From contig NC_045697.1 of NCBI RefSeq assembly GCF_009834535.1, forward strand, positions 6,636,001-6,700,000: a stretch of 64,000 nt of DNA, in the 5' to 3' direction. Of the stretch, positions 37,795-50,863 are shown one piece after another (within the stretch, counting starts at the first letter, position 1; each line of letters begins with the position of its first letter). The notes beneath the pieces are model-generated. The model was not told the DNA's origin. It did not search any database and was given only the letters and a program-made list of their open reading frames with translations. This DNA comes from Camelus ferus (Eukaryota). The translations under genes were made by a program, and so were the position numbers.

Positions 37795-38459
37795 GAATAA
37801 AACCCACTCCTATATGGTTAGTTAATCTACAACAAAGGAGACAAGGACGTGCAATAGAGAAAAGACAACTTCTTCAATAGATGGTGTCATGTAAACTGGA
37901 CAGCTACTTGCAAAAGAATCAAGCTGGACTACTCTCTGACACCATATACAAAAATAAACTCAAAATAGATTAAAGACTTAAATGTAAGAGACCTGAAACC
38001 ATAAAACTCCTAGAAGGAAACATAGGAAGTATATTCTTTGACATTGGTCTTAGCAATATTTTTTTAGATATATCTCCTCAGGCAAGGGCAACAAAAGCAA
38101 AAATAAACAAATGGGACAACAGTAAACTAAAAAGCTTTTGCACAGTGAAGGAAACTATAAACAAAATGAAAAAGCAACCTACTAAGTGGAAGAAGATACT
38201 TGGGAATAATATATCTGATAAGGGTGAATATCCAAAATATACAAAGAGTGCATATAACCCAACTTCAAAAAAACAAACAACTCAATTAAAAACTGGGCAG
38301 AGGACCTGAGTAGACATTTTTCCAAAGAAGACATACAGATGGTCAACAGACAAGTGAAAAGATGCTCAACAACACTAACCATCAGGGAAATACAAATCAA
38401 AACTACAATTATCTATCTACCTTATACCTGTTAGAATGTCTATTACCAAAAAGACCACA
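37795..38459 (+). mobile_element. LINE-1 ORF2 fragment
   Basis: 'caccatatacaaaaataaactcaaaat..attaaagacttaaatgtaaga', 'aaaagcttttgcacag' and 'agacatttttccaaagaagacatacagatgg'. Confidence 0.92.
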
Positions 38460-38472
38460 TTGAAAAGACCAC

Positions 38473-39119
38473 TGTGCTATACAGTATGAACTTGTTGTTT
38501 ATCTACCTTATATATATATTAGTTAGTATCTGCAAATCTCGAACTTCCAATTTATCCCACCACCCACTCCTTTTCCCTGGTAACCATACATTTGTTTTCT
38601 ATGTCTGTGAGTCTGTTTCTGTTTTGTAAATAAGTTTGTTTGTGTCTTTTTTTTAGATTCCACATATAAGTGATATCATATGGTATTTTTCTTTCTGGCT
38701 CACTTCTCTTAGAATGACTATCTTCAAGTCCATCCATGTTGCTGCAAATGGCTGAGTAGAATTCCATTTTATAAATATACCACAACTTCTTTATCCAGTT
38801 ATCTGTCAATGGACATTTAGGTTGTTTCCATGTCTTGGCTACTGTAAATATTGTGCTGCTATGAACATAGGGGTGCATGTATCTTTTTGAATTAGAGTTC
38901 TCTCCAGAGTGGTATTGGATCACATGGTAAGTCTATTTTTAGTTTTTAAAGGCATCTCCATACATTTTCCATAGTGGCCGCATCAAACTACATTCCCACC
39001 AACAGTGTTGGAGTTCCTGTTTCTTCATACCTCTCCAGCATTAATCATTTGTGGACTTTTTAATAATGACCATTCTGACTGGTGTGAGTTATACCTCATT
39101 GTAGCTTTGATTTGCATTT
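38473..39119 (-). mobile_element. LINE-1 ORF2 end and 3'UTR lacking the terminal part
   Basis: ORF 38552..38923(-) contains AKTWKQPKCPLTDNWIKKLWYIYKMEFYSA. Confidence 0.92.
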
Positions 39120-39134
39120 GAGAGTCTTTGTTTT

Positions 39135-39580
39135 ATTTATATTCCTCTTAGGGCTAATGATGTTGAACATATTTTCATGTGCTTGTTGGCCATTTGTATA
39201 TTTTCTTTTGCAAAGTGTTTGTTCAGTTCTTTTGTGCATATTTTAAGCTTTGGGTTGTTCATCTTTTTATTGAGCTGTATGAGTTCTTCATGTATTATAA
39301 ATGCAAGTCCCTTGTCAATTACATGCATCAGATGTATTTTCTGTCCTTATGGGTCCTTCTCTGAATTTTCCTAGAGATGTCTTTTTGTGAGCAGAAGTTT
39401 TCATTTTTGATGCAGTCAATTCACTTTTTCATGTCCTGTCTATGAAATATTTGTCTACTTCAAAGATGTTCTGCACTTTTGAAGGGATTTTATACTTCTA
39501 ACTTTGCTCTATTATCCACTGTGAGTTCATTTTTGCATATGATATGTATACTCTAGGGGTCTTGGTTAACGGTTTTCCAT
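39135..39580 (-). mobile_element. Older L1M ORF2 fragment
   Basis: ORF 39137..39328(-) KELNKHFAKENIQMANKHMKICSTSL is a diverged L1 ORF2. Confidence 0.8.
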
Positions 39581-39585
39581 TAAAA

Positions 39586-40065
39586 AGATAATTTCCTATT
39601 GGTAATTTAACAAATCAACTTATAATGGTTTCAAACAACACAGATTTATTGTTTTAGGATTCTAGAGTTAGGAAGTCGGAAATGGGTTTTACTGGCCTAA
39701 AATCCAGGTGTCAGTAGGGCTGCCTTCCTGCTGAAGGTTCTAGGGGAGAATCTGCTTACTTTCTTTTTGCAGTTTTTAGAGATTCCAGCATCCCTTGGCT
39801 TGTAGCCCTGCATCACTCTAACGTCTGCTTCCACTGTCATATCTCCTTCTCTGACTCTGACCCTCCTGCCTTCCTCTTATAAGAACGCCTGTGATTATAC
39901 TGGTCCTTGTCCTGGGTAACCCAGTGTACTCTCTTCAACCGAAGCTCCTTAGTCTAACCACACCTGTAAGGTCCCTTTCCGCCATGTAATGTAACATATT
40001 CACAGGTTCTGGGGACTTGAAGATGGACGTCTTTGAAGGAAGATGGCATTATTCTGTCAACCACA
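39586..40065 (-). mobile_element. MLT1D-type solo LTR
   Basis: 'aaacaacacagatttatt', 'ggtgtcagtagggctg', 'gtaacatattcacaggttctgggga' and terminal 'ggcattattctgtcaaccaca'. Confidence 0.88.
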
Positions 40066-41029
40066 TTTGTGTTCCAGGGGAAATGTAAAGTGAGCTATTG
40101 AAAACAACTTTCGTGAAACTGAAGCTGTGTGGCATTTTCCCCCACTGTGTTGACCCAGAGGTATCAGAAGTTTGCAGGTACAGACACATGAAGGGTCCGA
40201 CGGGCTTTGGTGCATTAACACATTTAATTCTACCCAGCAGGAACAGTTTTCATTTTAGAGATGAAAAGGATTCCCATAAGCTTATTTAACAACTGAAGAC
40301 TTGAGTGAGCCAGCTGGTGTGAACGTTCACCCACTCTTTCTCACACACCCTGATTTTTTTCTATTATTTTTTTGTTCTTAAAGAGTTTAAATACTTTTGA
40401 TTTAAAGACAAAAAAGTGTGTCCTGAGAATAACTCCAGAACTCCTGTTTAGAGTAGCTAAAGCATTTTCAGTATCCATCTGTCACCTGCAGTTCATGGAC
40501 ATTTGGAGAAATAAAGCATTAGGTTGCTGGTATAAATGCATATGAAAAACAAGGATCTCACAGTTGTAACAAATGCTTTGCCATAGCTTACTCCTTTTAA
40601 GGTGTAGAGTGAACATCGGTGGAGTGTGCAACTCCATTTGCAACTTTTGCTCAATTGACATCAAATACAATTTGATATACAATCATGAAGGAATATGAGA
40701 TTCCCATAATAACAACATAATATTCTGTATGTTAACTTGGCCTCAAATACATAAGCTTCCCAAAGAATTGATGTCAAACTATTAGAGAGAAATGCCTATT
40801 AAATTAATATCTGACACTGCTATTTTCCTAACATTACTTTTTGTAGCTGGTTATTAAAATAAGATATACATTCATATATTTATTTCCTGAATGATAGTCA
40901 CGGTAACATTTATTTTCTCTGTCTAGTGGAAAGCTAGTTGTTATGTGAATGTTTTTCTGTATGGCCAAACACTTGGTAGCATTATCTTGTTGCTTCACCC
41001 CCCAAGGTGTGTTCCTTTCACCTGCAGTG

Positions 41030-41290
41030 TTGAAACTGGCTCACAAACTCTTTGTCTGTGTTCCAGCCCTAGGAGGGGAAAAGGGAAGGTGAAATGCAAC
41101 CATGTTGTCTCTGAGGACTTAACTTGAGACTTGCACATGTAACTTCCTATTACATTCTATTGGTCAACATTTTCACCACAACCTGCCAAGAAAGCAGTGA
41201 GAGGTAATGTTCAGCTGGGTAGCCATGAACACATCCAAAACCTAGGGGATGGTAGGTTAAATGAGAGAGAGAGAAAGAGAGGGAGAGAGA
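41030..41290 (-). mobile_element. Very old MLT1K-like LTR fragment
   Basis: 'tctgtgttccagc', 'acattctattggtca' and 'cagctgggtagccatg'. Confidence 0.45.
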
Positions 41291-41335
41291 GAACTATAAC
41301 AGCAATGTGGTAGGCTTTATAAAGATGTTCATTCA

Positions 41336-41445
41336 TCTCCCTCCCTCCCTACCTCCTCCCTTCCTTCCTTCCTTCCTCCCTTCCTTCCTTCCTTCCTTCC
41401 TTCCTTCCTTCCTTCCTTCCTTCCTTCCTTCCTTCATTCCCTCCT
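41336..41445 (+). repeat. (CCTT)n microsatellite
   Basis: Directly visible tandem CCTT units. Confidence 0.95.
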
Positions 41446-41899
41446 CTGTCCTTATTAAGCATTACATCAGACACTGCTCTATATATGGGATCGGGGTAAA
41501 GGATATTAAGAGAGACAGGAAAAATGAAAGCCTTCATGGCTTGCCTTTATGGAGCTGGCCACCCAGGTATCACAGTGGTTCTCCGTCTTGATACGTGTTA
41601 GGACCACTTGAAGAAGTGTTACAAATGGAAATGTCCAGAGTGTGCCCAAATGAATTGCATGTGACTCTGGGGGCAGGAGTCAACTCCAGAATATTGGCCA
41701 GGTCCTCAGGTGGGCCCCACACACAGCCAAGCTGAGACCACTGAATGGAGATCGGATCTTCCCCTTGTAGCGGGGACCAGTGCAGACCCTTCCCATCTCG
41801 TCACAGCGAAGCCTGGTGATTGAAGGCTGTGGCCCCACCGGACGTAACCGCCCAGCGGAAGTTCTACAATAGTTTTCTGTTGCTCTTGCAGCCTTCCCC

Positions 41900-42350
41900 A
41901 CAGGCTCTCCACTGCCATCCTGCTTCCTTTCTCAGGTTCCTTCCATGCTCATTCTTCCTTCAGGCTTTATGTAAGGTTTTTGCCATGAACTCTTAGTTCA
42001 CCACCACTCACCTCCACCCAGGTAGCTCCTGCTCACTCATAGCATCTTGCAGCGAATGTCGCGTCCTCAGGGAAGTCTTTCTTTATTATTCCCCAGAGGA
42101 TTTTATTATTCCCCAGACAAAATCAGTTCCCTTATTAACAGTCTCTCACAGAACCCTGCACTTTATTTTCACAGCGTTTATGACAATTTCAGTTAGAAGT
42201 TTACCTGGGCACTTACTTTCTATCTACACTTGTTAATAGATGGTAAAGCTCTGTGAAGGCAGATGTCACTGTCACTGCACACATTATAAAATCTCAAATA
42301 CCTCTTGCTTACTAAGCATTGTTTTTATTTGTTTCTTGAATGAATGGAGC
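41900..42350 (+). mobile_element. L2 LINE fragment
   Basis: 'aatgtcgcgtcctcagggaagtctt', 'gtaaagctctgtgaaggcaga' and terminal 'ttgaatgaatg'. Confidence 0.65.
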
Positions 42351-42967
42351 AGGCAGGAGGTTGGCCTTAGGAGGCCTGATAGGGTGTTTAACACAGTGAG
42401 GAATGATCGTGACGGCATTGCAATTGAGAGAGGCAAGCACTTAAGCTGCATGTGTGGTATCAAGGCCGGGTGGCTCAATGAATGGTCATGCCATTAACAG
42501 AAATTGGGATGTCAGGAAAAGTAATCTTTGTTTCACTAACTTGTACAATGGTTTCCTCACTGGAAAACTAGGAGTTGAATTCCCACCTCATTCAAAACAA
42601 ATCTATAAGATCGAGAAAAGGAGATAAGAGCAGTAATTGGAACTTCAAGACAAATGTGAAATTCTAACATAAAGTTCTGTTGGTTCCAGCATTTCTTCGT
42701 CCTTGGAAACGACACAAAGTCACCAAGGGAAGCTTTGGGAATGATAAGCCTCTTGGTTTCCCCTACCAGACACGTTGTACCAGCAGGTTTTTCTTGAGGT
42801 AGCCTCCCCCAAAGTCGTCTGAGAAGACCCCCCCACATTTACCCCAGTCTTTATTGTCACATGGGCTTACTGATGGTCCCACGTCCTTCAGTCAGAAGCC
42901 CAGAGTGGGCGATAATGGCCAGGTCTTGTTCTCCTCCGGTTTTCCCTTTTGCCTTCCCTATTGTACT

Positions 42968-43470
42968 TGTGTTAGCTTCCTAGGACTTCCCTGAAACGGT
43001 GCCATAAGATGGGTTAATTAAAACAACATGACTGCATCGTCTCATAGTCCTGGACACCCAAAGTCCAAAATCAAGGTGTCAGTAGGGGCTCTGCTCCCGC
43101 TGAAACCTGCCGGGAGAGTGCTTCCTTGCCTCTTTCAGCTTCTGGTGTTGGTCAGCGGCCCTTGGCATTCCTTGCCTGCAGATGAATCGCTCCAGTCTCT
43201 GCCTTTGTTGCCACGCAGTGTCCCCCTGTCTGTGTGTCTGTCTTGAGTCTGGGTGTCTTCACACGGCTTTCTTCTGTGTCTGTGTTTTCACATGGCTGCC
43301 TTCTCAGAAGGGCCCCAGTCATGCTGGATTAGGGCTCATCCTAATAACCTCATCTTAACTTAATTCAATCTGCAGAGACCATTTCAACACAAAGTCATGT
43401 TTGCTGACCATTCTTGGAGGTGAGGACTTCAGCGTATCTTTTGGTGGGAGGCACAATTCAGCTGTGAACA
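42968..43470 (-). mobile_element. MLT1C-type solo LTR
   Basis: Termini tgtgttagcttcct...cacaattcagctgtgaaca, with 'aagtccaaaatcaaggtgtcag'. TSD gtact (42963-42967) / gtcct (43471-43475). Confidence 0.88.
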
Positions 43471-43924
43471 GTCCTCCCATCATATCCTTTCATGAAATGG
43501 CTGGCTTCCGGCCCCTGCTTCTGTAGGAGAGAGGATCTCCCTTCTGTTGTTGGAGAACACAGTGGATCCTTTAGACATGCTAGTTCATGGGCCAAAGGAG
43601 GAGAAGTAAGAATTTGGAAAACTTTCTCTCAAGACCATGGCCTGGCTTGCAGGCCCTTTGCCTTCGTGCCTCGTCCTATTTCTGCAGGTCAAAAGCCACC
43701 TGTTACTTTGATCCTTCTCTGCATTCTGTCTGGGACAGTTCTCATTTTTGCCTCCAGGCACGTGCAAGCTGGTAAGGACAAAGTTCATGTATACAGAAAG
43801 GCAAAAGAATAAAAATCCCCTTAAGTATGTAATGGTTAAAACCATTAGGTAACCAATGGGTAGACATCTAGCTGTTACTAAACTATTACTGAATAATCTC
43901 ATCTCCATGCTCCCGAAACCTGGT

Positions 43925-44420
43925 TTTCTTTTCTTTTTTTTTAAATTGAAGTATATATAATTGATTTACAATATTAGGTTAGTTTCAGGTGCACAGCAAA
44001 TGTTTCAGTTATTTTTTAGATTATATTCCATTACTGGTTATTACAAGATATGGAATATAATTCCCTGTGCTGTACAATAAATCCTTGTTGTTTATTTTAT
44101 GCACAGTAATTTGTATCCGTTAATCCCATACTCTTAATTTGTCCCTCCTTCCTTCTTCCTTTTGTTAACAGTAAGTTTGGTTTCTGTGTCTGCAAATCTG
44201 TATATAGATTCCTTTGTATTTTTTTTTAGATTACACATATAAATGATATCATATAGTATTTGCCCTTCTCTGTCTGACTGACTTCACTAAGTATGATAAT
44301 TTCTAGGTTCATCCATGTAGCTGCAAATGGCAGTATTTCATTGTTTCTTATGGCTAATATTTCATTGTATGTATATGTGTGTATATCTATATACATACAA
44401 TGAAATATACATATATATAT

Positions 44421-44468
<48 letters not shown>

Positions 44469-44645
44469 ATATATATCATATCTTTTTAAGCCAGTTGTCT
44501 GTGGATGGACACTTGGGTTGTTTCCATGTCTTGGCCATTGCAAATAGTGCTGCTATGAACACTGGGGTCCATTCATCATTTCAAATTAGAGTTTAATTTT
44601 TCCCCAGATATATAATCAGGCATGAGATGGCTGAATCATATGGAT
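43925..44645 (-). mobile_element. LINE-1 3' end with an internal (TA)n expansion (about 44405-44480)
   Basis: Poly-T and L1 3'UTR. ORF 44226..44543(-) has NEILPFAATWMNLEIIILSEVSQTEKGKYYMIS, the extreme ORF2 C-terminus. Confidence 0.92.
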
Positions 44646-45964
44646 GGTTCAGTTTTCAAGTAACTCAGTGTTATTTTGGATTTGGGTGCATCTACAGAGG
44701 ACAGGCTCATTCAATAGCTGCCTTTGGGCCCCAGCTCTTAAGCTTTTTTCATCCCCAAACCAGAGATTGGTTTCTGCTGCAGAAATGAACGGGTCCTCCA
44801 GCCTGAGACAGTCCCTCCTCATCCCTCAAGGCCCCCCCTCCCTGCCTGGGACTCTCCCTCTGTGTCCACTGAAGACTGGCTCTGTGTCCTCAGAGGCCTG
44901 TCCTTACAGCATCAATGCATCTGCTGGATTTGGGAAGACAAATTAAAGCATCTTGCCAGCTGCTCACATTGTGCTGACCCAACAACTAATTAAACGGTCA
45001 GAATAGTTCACTTTTAATTTAGCCTTGTGCATCTTGGTAGAAGTAGTCACAGCTCAGGGGAAGAACACTAGACATAAAAAGGCATGAGAAGAGGAACTGA
45101 ATATCAGACAGCCTTTGACCAGGGGGAAATTAAGTATTTTTAATTTTGGTGAATTTGGTGAACTTTGAATAGCATTTGCAAACAACAGAGATGATAGAAA
45201 ATCCTTTTCAGTTTCATGTACTTTGTTTTTGAAGCAGAAACACAAGGAAAACAGCTCCCATATGTTCTCACTTTCAAAATTGTGGAATAATTAATGCACT
45301 TTAACGAGTCAGTAAATCTGTCTTCTGTGCAGTAAATTGATAACTTTCAAGGGTCTTGGGCAAGGCCTGATGCTGGACTGGAGTTCAGGTAGATGGGAGG
45401 CTCTGGTGATGGGCTGTAACTTACTCTTCCTTAATTATGTGGCTGCATTTTGCATGTACCTTGGTTTGTTTTCAGATTATAATAAAGTAAACAGCTCATT
45501 ACTGAGCTCCTCCCTAAGTACTCCAAAAGAACACAGTGCATGTGTCAGAAGGAAACAAATATTTACTGAATTAACTGACAGACTTGCTCACAAATATATG
45601 CCAACCTCATGTTTGTATTTGTTATTTTAACTTTTGCTTTTCGAATGCTGCCGAAAATGTCTGCTTTTTCCTGTGGACTAATTTTATTTCAGATCACCTT
45701 CTAAATATTTGTTCTACAATGATTCTTATCATTGACTGTTTGAGACCTTATTTTACGAGCAGAGGAGGCTGTGAAAGGTGGAAATTGCCAAAGAACTTTC
45801 TTTAAATAAAAAAGCAAAATAAAACTCTTTTATTTGTCAAGCTCATTTGTCACTGTCAATAAGTTTCTTTTGACACTCATCCAATCTTTGGAGCGGGCAG
45901 GGCAGGGACCCTTTCCCTTGTTTTACATAAGATTGTGGAAGCCGAATTAAATTCATTCATTCAC

Positions 45965-46180
45965 GGGAAGGGATAAATTGGGAGTTTGGGATTAGCAGAT
46001 ACAAACTACTACATACAAAGTAAATAAACAACAAGGTCCTACTATATAGCACAGGGAACTATATCCAATAGGTTGTAATAACCTATAATGAAAAGGAATA
46101 TAAATATATGTATCTGAACCACTATACTATACACCAGAAACTAACACAACATTGTAAATCAACTATACTTTAATAAAGAC
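45965..46180 (+). mobile_element. LINE-1 3'UTR end
   Basis: 'gggataaattgggagtttgggattagcagatacaaacta...aacaaggtcctactatatagcacagggaactatat...aacattgtaaatcaactatact'. Confidence 0.9.
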
Positions 46181-46209
46181 AAATAAGTAAATCCAATCTT
46201 TTTTTTTTT

Positions 46210-46600
46210 TTTTTCACTCAGCCGGGCAATAAATAGGGACCCTGCTCCTGTCTCTGTTGAGCTTACAGGCATAAAAGGAGCATGCATCCAGCACCAGGTA
46301 GAGTTAGGAATGTGGGGAAAGTCTCTCTAAATCAGGAGGGGAAGGAGGCTTACCTGATAAAGAGACAGTGGAAATGAGGCTGGGAAGGGGAAGAGGTGAG
46401 TAGGAGAGTTAGGAAGGTGCAGATGGGCCAGGAGAGAGGATAGAGACTCAAAGGCAGGGGGAAGAGCATGTGTAAGGCCTGGGAGACAAGAGCCACTGGT
46501 CTGAGGAGATGTTACGGACAAACCATGGCTAGAGATGATTGAGAGGAGGTTGAGGTCTGTTGGGCAGATAAGTGGTGAAGTGAGAAATTTAAGATGTTGG
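46210..46600 (-). mobile_element. L2 LINE fragment
   Basis: 'ggaaggaggcttacctga' and 'aggcagggggaagagcatgtgtaaggcctgggag'. Confidence 0.55.
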
Positions 46601-49505
46601 AATGAACTAAAGAGATTCAGGTATATCCTTTCCATGACATTTTGGGGCCTCTGGGGATGATCTGATTCCATCAGGTTGTGAGCTTTCGCCTTTGATTATG
46701 CTGCTTCACAACTTTACAGACAGAAAGTAACTTGCAGAAAACTGACAGCCAGGCAAATAATTTAGCCTAGATAAAAGCAAATTAATTGTACCCAGTGCAA
46801 CGCAGTTGATTCTGCCCTGCGGAGAGACCAGTTTTTGCAAGCTCATGTCAACGTTGTTACAACTTGTAAATGTGTGGTTCTTGGACTTCTCATCATCTAA
46901 ACAGGTTGTCACATTTTTTCCAGTTCCTTCATCAACTAATGAATTAAATAAAGTTTTGGACACATGTTCATCTTACACCTGTGTAGTCAATAATTCTAGT
47001 TCCCCACAGAAATTTAGTTTAGGCTTTTTATACAAAATAGGTGGGCCCATATTCCTATCTTCTTTCTTCTTTTGTCTTCACAAAGTAGCTAGTGCTTCAC
47101 AGCACATATACTTATATGCTTTTGCACCCTCCAACACCAGGCACATGTTTTCCTATAAATGGGTGATTTGGGGTGCTTCACAGCATTTCCCTGGTCACTT
47201 TCTATTATCCGCACTAATGTATATTTTCCCTGCCCACATTCCTCCATCTCACCAATATATGCACACTCACACACACACAGACTGAGCTCTGCAGAGGTCT
47301 GGAGTTCCATGCAGGGGCCCAGGGGCAGCTGTGGGCTCTAAAACATCCAAGTGAATGGGCTCCAGGCCTTTACCTCGACAGGTGCTACAAGGAGCAGGTG
47401 TATTTATAGGAATGTGTTTATAGGAAAAAACCTCTTACTGAAGGTTGGTAATGCCAGTGGAAGATTTTTGAAGGAGGTAGGCTTGTGCTATGATGCCAAG
47501 GATGAACAGGATTCCAAAGCTGAAAAGAAAGTACATGACATAGAAAATTAAAACAAGGAAATAAACACATGACCATTAGGGAGATCTGTGAGCTGATCTA
47601 GTTGGTTATAGAGTGGGTTCTGATGGAATCAGAGAGAGGCTGAGGGCTCCAGTGCATCCCTTTAGTGGGACCTCCTGCAATTGCACAGGGCAACACTCTC
47701 TCCAGACAAAACTCACACAGTTAAGCACAAAGGAAGCTGGAGAATGGAGGCTTAGCTTAGAACAAGTGCCTTTGGTTGTTTTTGATGCTGAGGACAAAGA
47801 GATACTGGGAATCAATGATGTGTCTGCTCAAGTAACACCCTGCCATTGCACTTGGTTGAGATGATCATAACAGGATCCATTTCTCCTTCCTCTGACACCA
47901 CATTTGGGTTTCTCAGTGTGGCAGGAAGGTCACTATCACAAAATTACAGCTCCCAGCTGAGGCTCTGACACTCAGTGGCAATCATGTGGCCTTTCTGAGC
48001 CTCTGAGCCTTGAGACCTCTTTCTTTAACAGCAAAATGAAGCAGATGTATTGGAAGTTCTCCAGCATCTCGTCCAGGTCTCTTGTTATGATACTTGTCCT
48101 TTTTCTTATACCATGAGATCCTTTAGGACAAACACTATAATTCTTTCTTTTGGTATGGTGATATTTCACATAAAATGATGCTCAAGAAAGTCATTTCAAT
48201 AAATTCTGGTTGATTAAAAGTCCAGTTGAATGAACAGATGAATGGGCAACCCAGATGTATGCTGTCTTCTCTCTGTTTCAGTCCCACAATCATATAGATG
48301 CAGACTTGAGCTTCTCATTGAGTTTCCTAACAAGCATCCATTCATGCAAAAGTCTCTAATAAGCAAAGCAAATTCTATTAAAGAATTTATAGAGGCATCA
48401 AAGCAGGGAACTTGGCAGCCAATGGCTTCAGAATCCACAAGGGTATTTCTAGTCTTCAAAATCATTGCTTGGCTGTACCAGGGTGGCGCACCCCGACCCC
48501 CATCTCATTATTGCTCCATGCGGGTCCAGCTTTTCTGGCTTATCTTTCACCTCTTGCATTCTCTCCCACCCCCTACCCACCTCCAGGCCAAAACTACAAA
48601 ACAAAACAGCAAATGAGAACTGTGACTCCCTTCCACCTAAATAAAATCACTTGGTGATTTATCTGTGCAACATGTTATTTTTCCAAGCAAAATGAAGAAC
48701 CAAGTTCACAAGGACACTTTCTTTAAGAGGCAGGTGGGGTTATAAACATCTTATTTCTTATAGCCAAGGGGATGAAGAGATAAGGATGTGGCATCAAAGA
48801 GAAAAGCAGGAGACACAGAGTTAGACATTTTAAACAGCTGCCACCTGCTGATTGATTATTGTACACCAGGGTTAATCACCTAAAATGTATTATTGCCCTC
48901 ATTCTGTAAGCCCAAAATACAGTTGGACCAGAGCAGCTTTGTACCTGTTCAAGGTGATAGATAGTATTTGTCATGAATGGAAGTAAGCCCAGAGCCATCT
49001 GATTCCAGGACTTCCTCAAAATGCTGCTCGGCTGCCTTCTGTGTGGAATTTATTCCACAATCAGGATCACCGTCTCTCTGAATGTGACTTCCCCAGGTAA
49101 AGAAACAGCACCCAGCAGCAGCTAATTACACCTGAGCAGCCGCAGTTACCCCCGAATTACTCACACTGTCTGGGCTTGTGCTTCACCGAGGATCCCCTGC
49201 AGGACTGTAATCTGGTAACAATCAGAAACTCAGCAAAGTGCTTATCAGCTATTTCACAATGACAAATGTTTGCCAGCAGAGCAGATGAAAAGGAAGATCA
49301 CGGAGGAGGCTCTTTCTGCAGGGAAGGCAGAGAAAGCCTACTGTTTAGGGGATGTGGTTCTAACAACTGGGATAACTGTAATCCGGCAAAAGAGAAAAAA
49401 AGAACTGTTGGGAGTGGAGAGCTTTTCTTCTGTTTTCTCAAAATCATTACAAGCAAAGTTCATGCAGTGGTGGAGGAAGATGGATACAAAAAAATAAAAA
49501 TCTAG

Positions 49506-49716
49506 ACCAGCGTTAATATAGAAGCCGCTTTGTGGTTGCACATGACTAGTTACATTTAAATGAATCATAATTAGGTAAAATAAAAAATGCAGATCCTCTG
49601 TTACATTAGCCACATTTCAAGTGCTCAATAGCCACACGTGGCTGGTGACTACTGCTTTGGATGGCTCAGATGTATACCAGTTTCATCACTGAATAACTGT
49701 CTACTGATAGCACTTG
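49506..49716. mobile_element. MER33/MER3-type hAT-Charlie MITE
   Basis: 'tagccacatttcaagtgctcaatagccacacgtggctggtgactac'. Confidence 0.85.
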
Positions 49717-49880
49717 TCTGGCACATAAAGTGGTGAGAATAAAGGAGGCCATCCCTATGATGCAGAGCTAATTAGCGAAGTGAGCATCTGTAAGGTGATG
49801 CTAGGATTAAAAGTGAAAGTCCCAGAACTGTTTCACCTCCCTGATCTTTTAAATGACAATAGCAATGTCCACCCATTTTT

Positions 49881-50340
49881 TTTTTAAAAAGAATTGTGGC
49901 ATAGTACACATAACACAGAATTTATCACCTTAATCAGTTTAAGTGTACAGCTCAGTATTTTAAAGTATATTCACAATGTTACATAAGCAATCTCTAGAAC
50001 TTTTCTTGCAAAACTGAAACTCTATACCCATTAAACAATACCTCATGCCCCTCCCCAACCAGTGTCTGGCAGCCACCGTTCTACTTTCTGTTTTTATGCA
50101 TTTGACTACTCGAGATACTTTCTATGAGTGGAATCGTACAGCATTTGTCCTTTTGTGACTGGCTTGTTTCACTTAGCATGATGTCCTTGAGGTCCACCCA
50201 TGTTGTAGCATGTGTCGGAAGTTCCTTCCTTTTTAAGGCTAAATAATATTACATTGTATATAGGTATATCACTTTTTTGTTGAAGTATAGTCAGTTATAA
50301 TGTATCAATTTCTGGTGTACAGCATAACATCCCTGTCGTG

Positions 50341-50374
<34 letters not shown>

Positions 50375-50863
50375 TTAATTTTCATATTCTTTTTCATTAA
50401 AGATTATTACAAGATATTGAATATAGTTCCCTGTGCTATGTGGAAGAAATTTTTGAAAGTCTATTTTTGTATGTGGTGGTTAACCTTTGCAAATCTCAAA
50501 CTCCCAAATTTATCCTTTTGTCCATTAGTGGACACGTGCGTTGCTTCTACCTTTTGGCTGTTGGGAAGAGGGCCTTTACGTACAGGCTATATCAATATCA
50601 CTCTGAGACCTTGTTTTCAACTATTTTGAATGTGCACCCAGAAGAGGGATTGCTGGTTCATACGGTAGTTCTATTTTTAATTTTTTGATAAATTGCCATG
50701 TTGTTTGCCACAGTGACTGCACCATTTTACATTCCCATCAACATTACTCAAGGGTTTCAATTTCTCTGCATCATCACCAACACTTCAACTCTTGTTATTT
50801 TTCTTTTTTCTTTCTTTTTTTTTTTTTTTTTTTTTGGTAGTAGTCACCTTGATTGGTGTGGGG
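49881..50863 (-). mobile_element. L1MB-type 3' end with preserved TSD, containing a younger L1 3' end (50273-50515)
   Basis: 'aaaactgaaactctatacccattaaacaa' and 'gtccttttgtgactggcttgtttcacttagcat'. Flanks aatgtccacccattttt / aatatccacccattttt. Confidence 0.88.

Noticed and set aside
44226..44596. ORFs with IY repeats
   Set aside because: (TA)n microsatellite inside an L1.
46806..47285. 159-aa plus-strand ORF
   Set aside because: Non-ATG start, no homology I recognise, and it ends in a (CA)n run.
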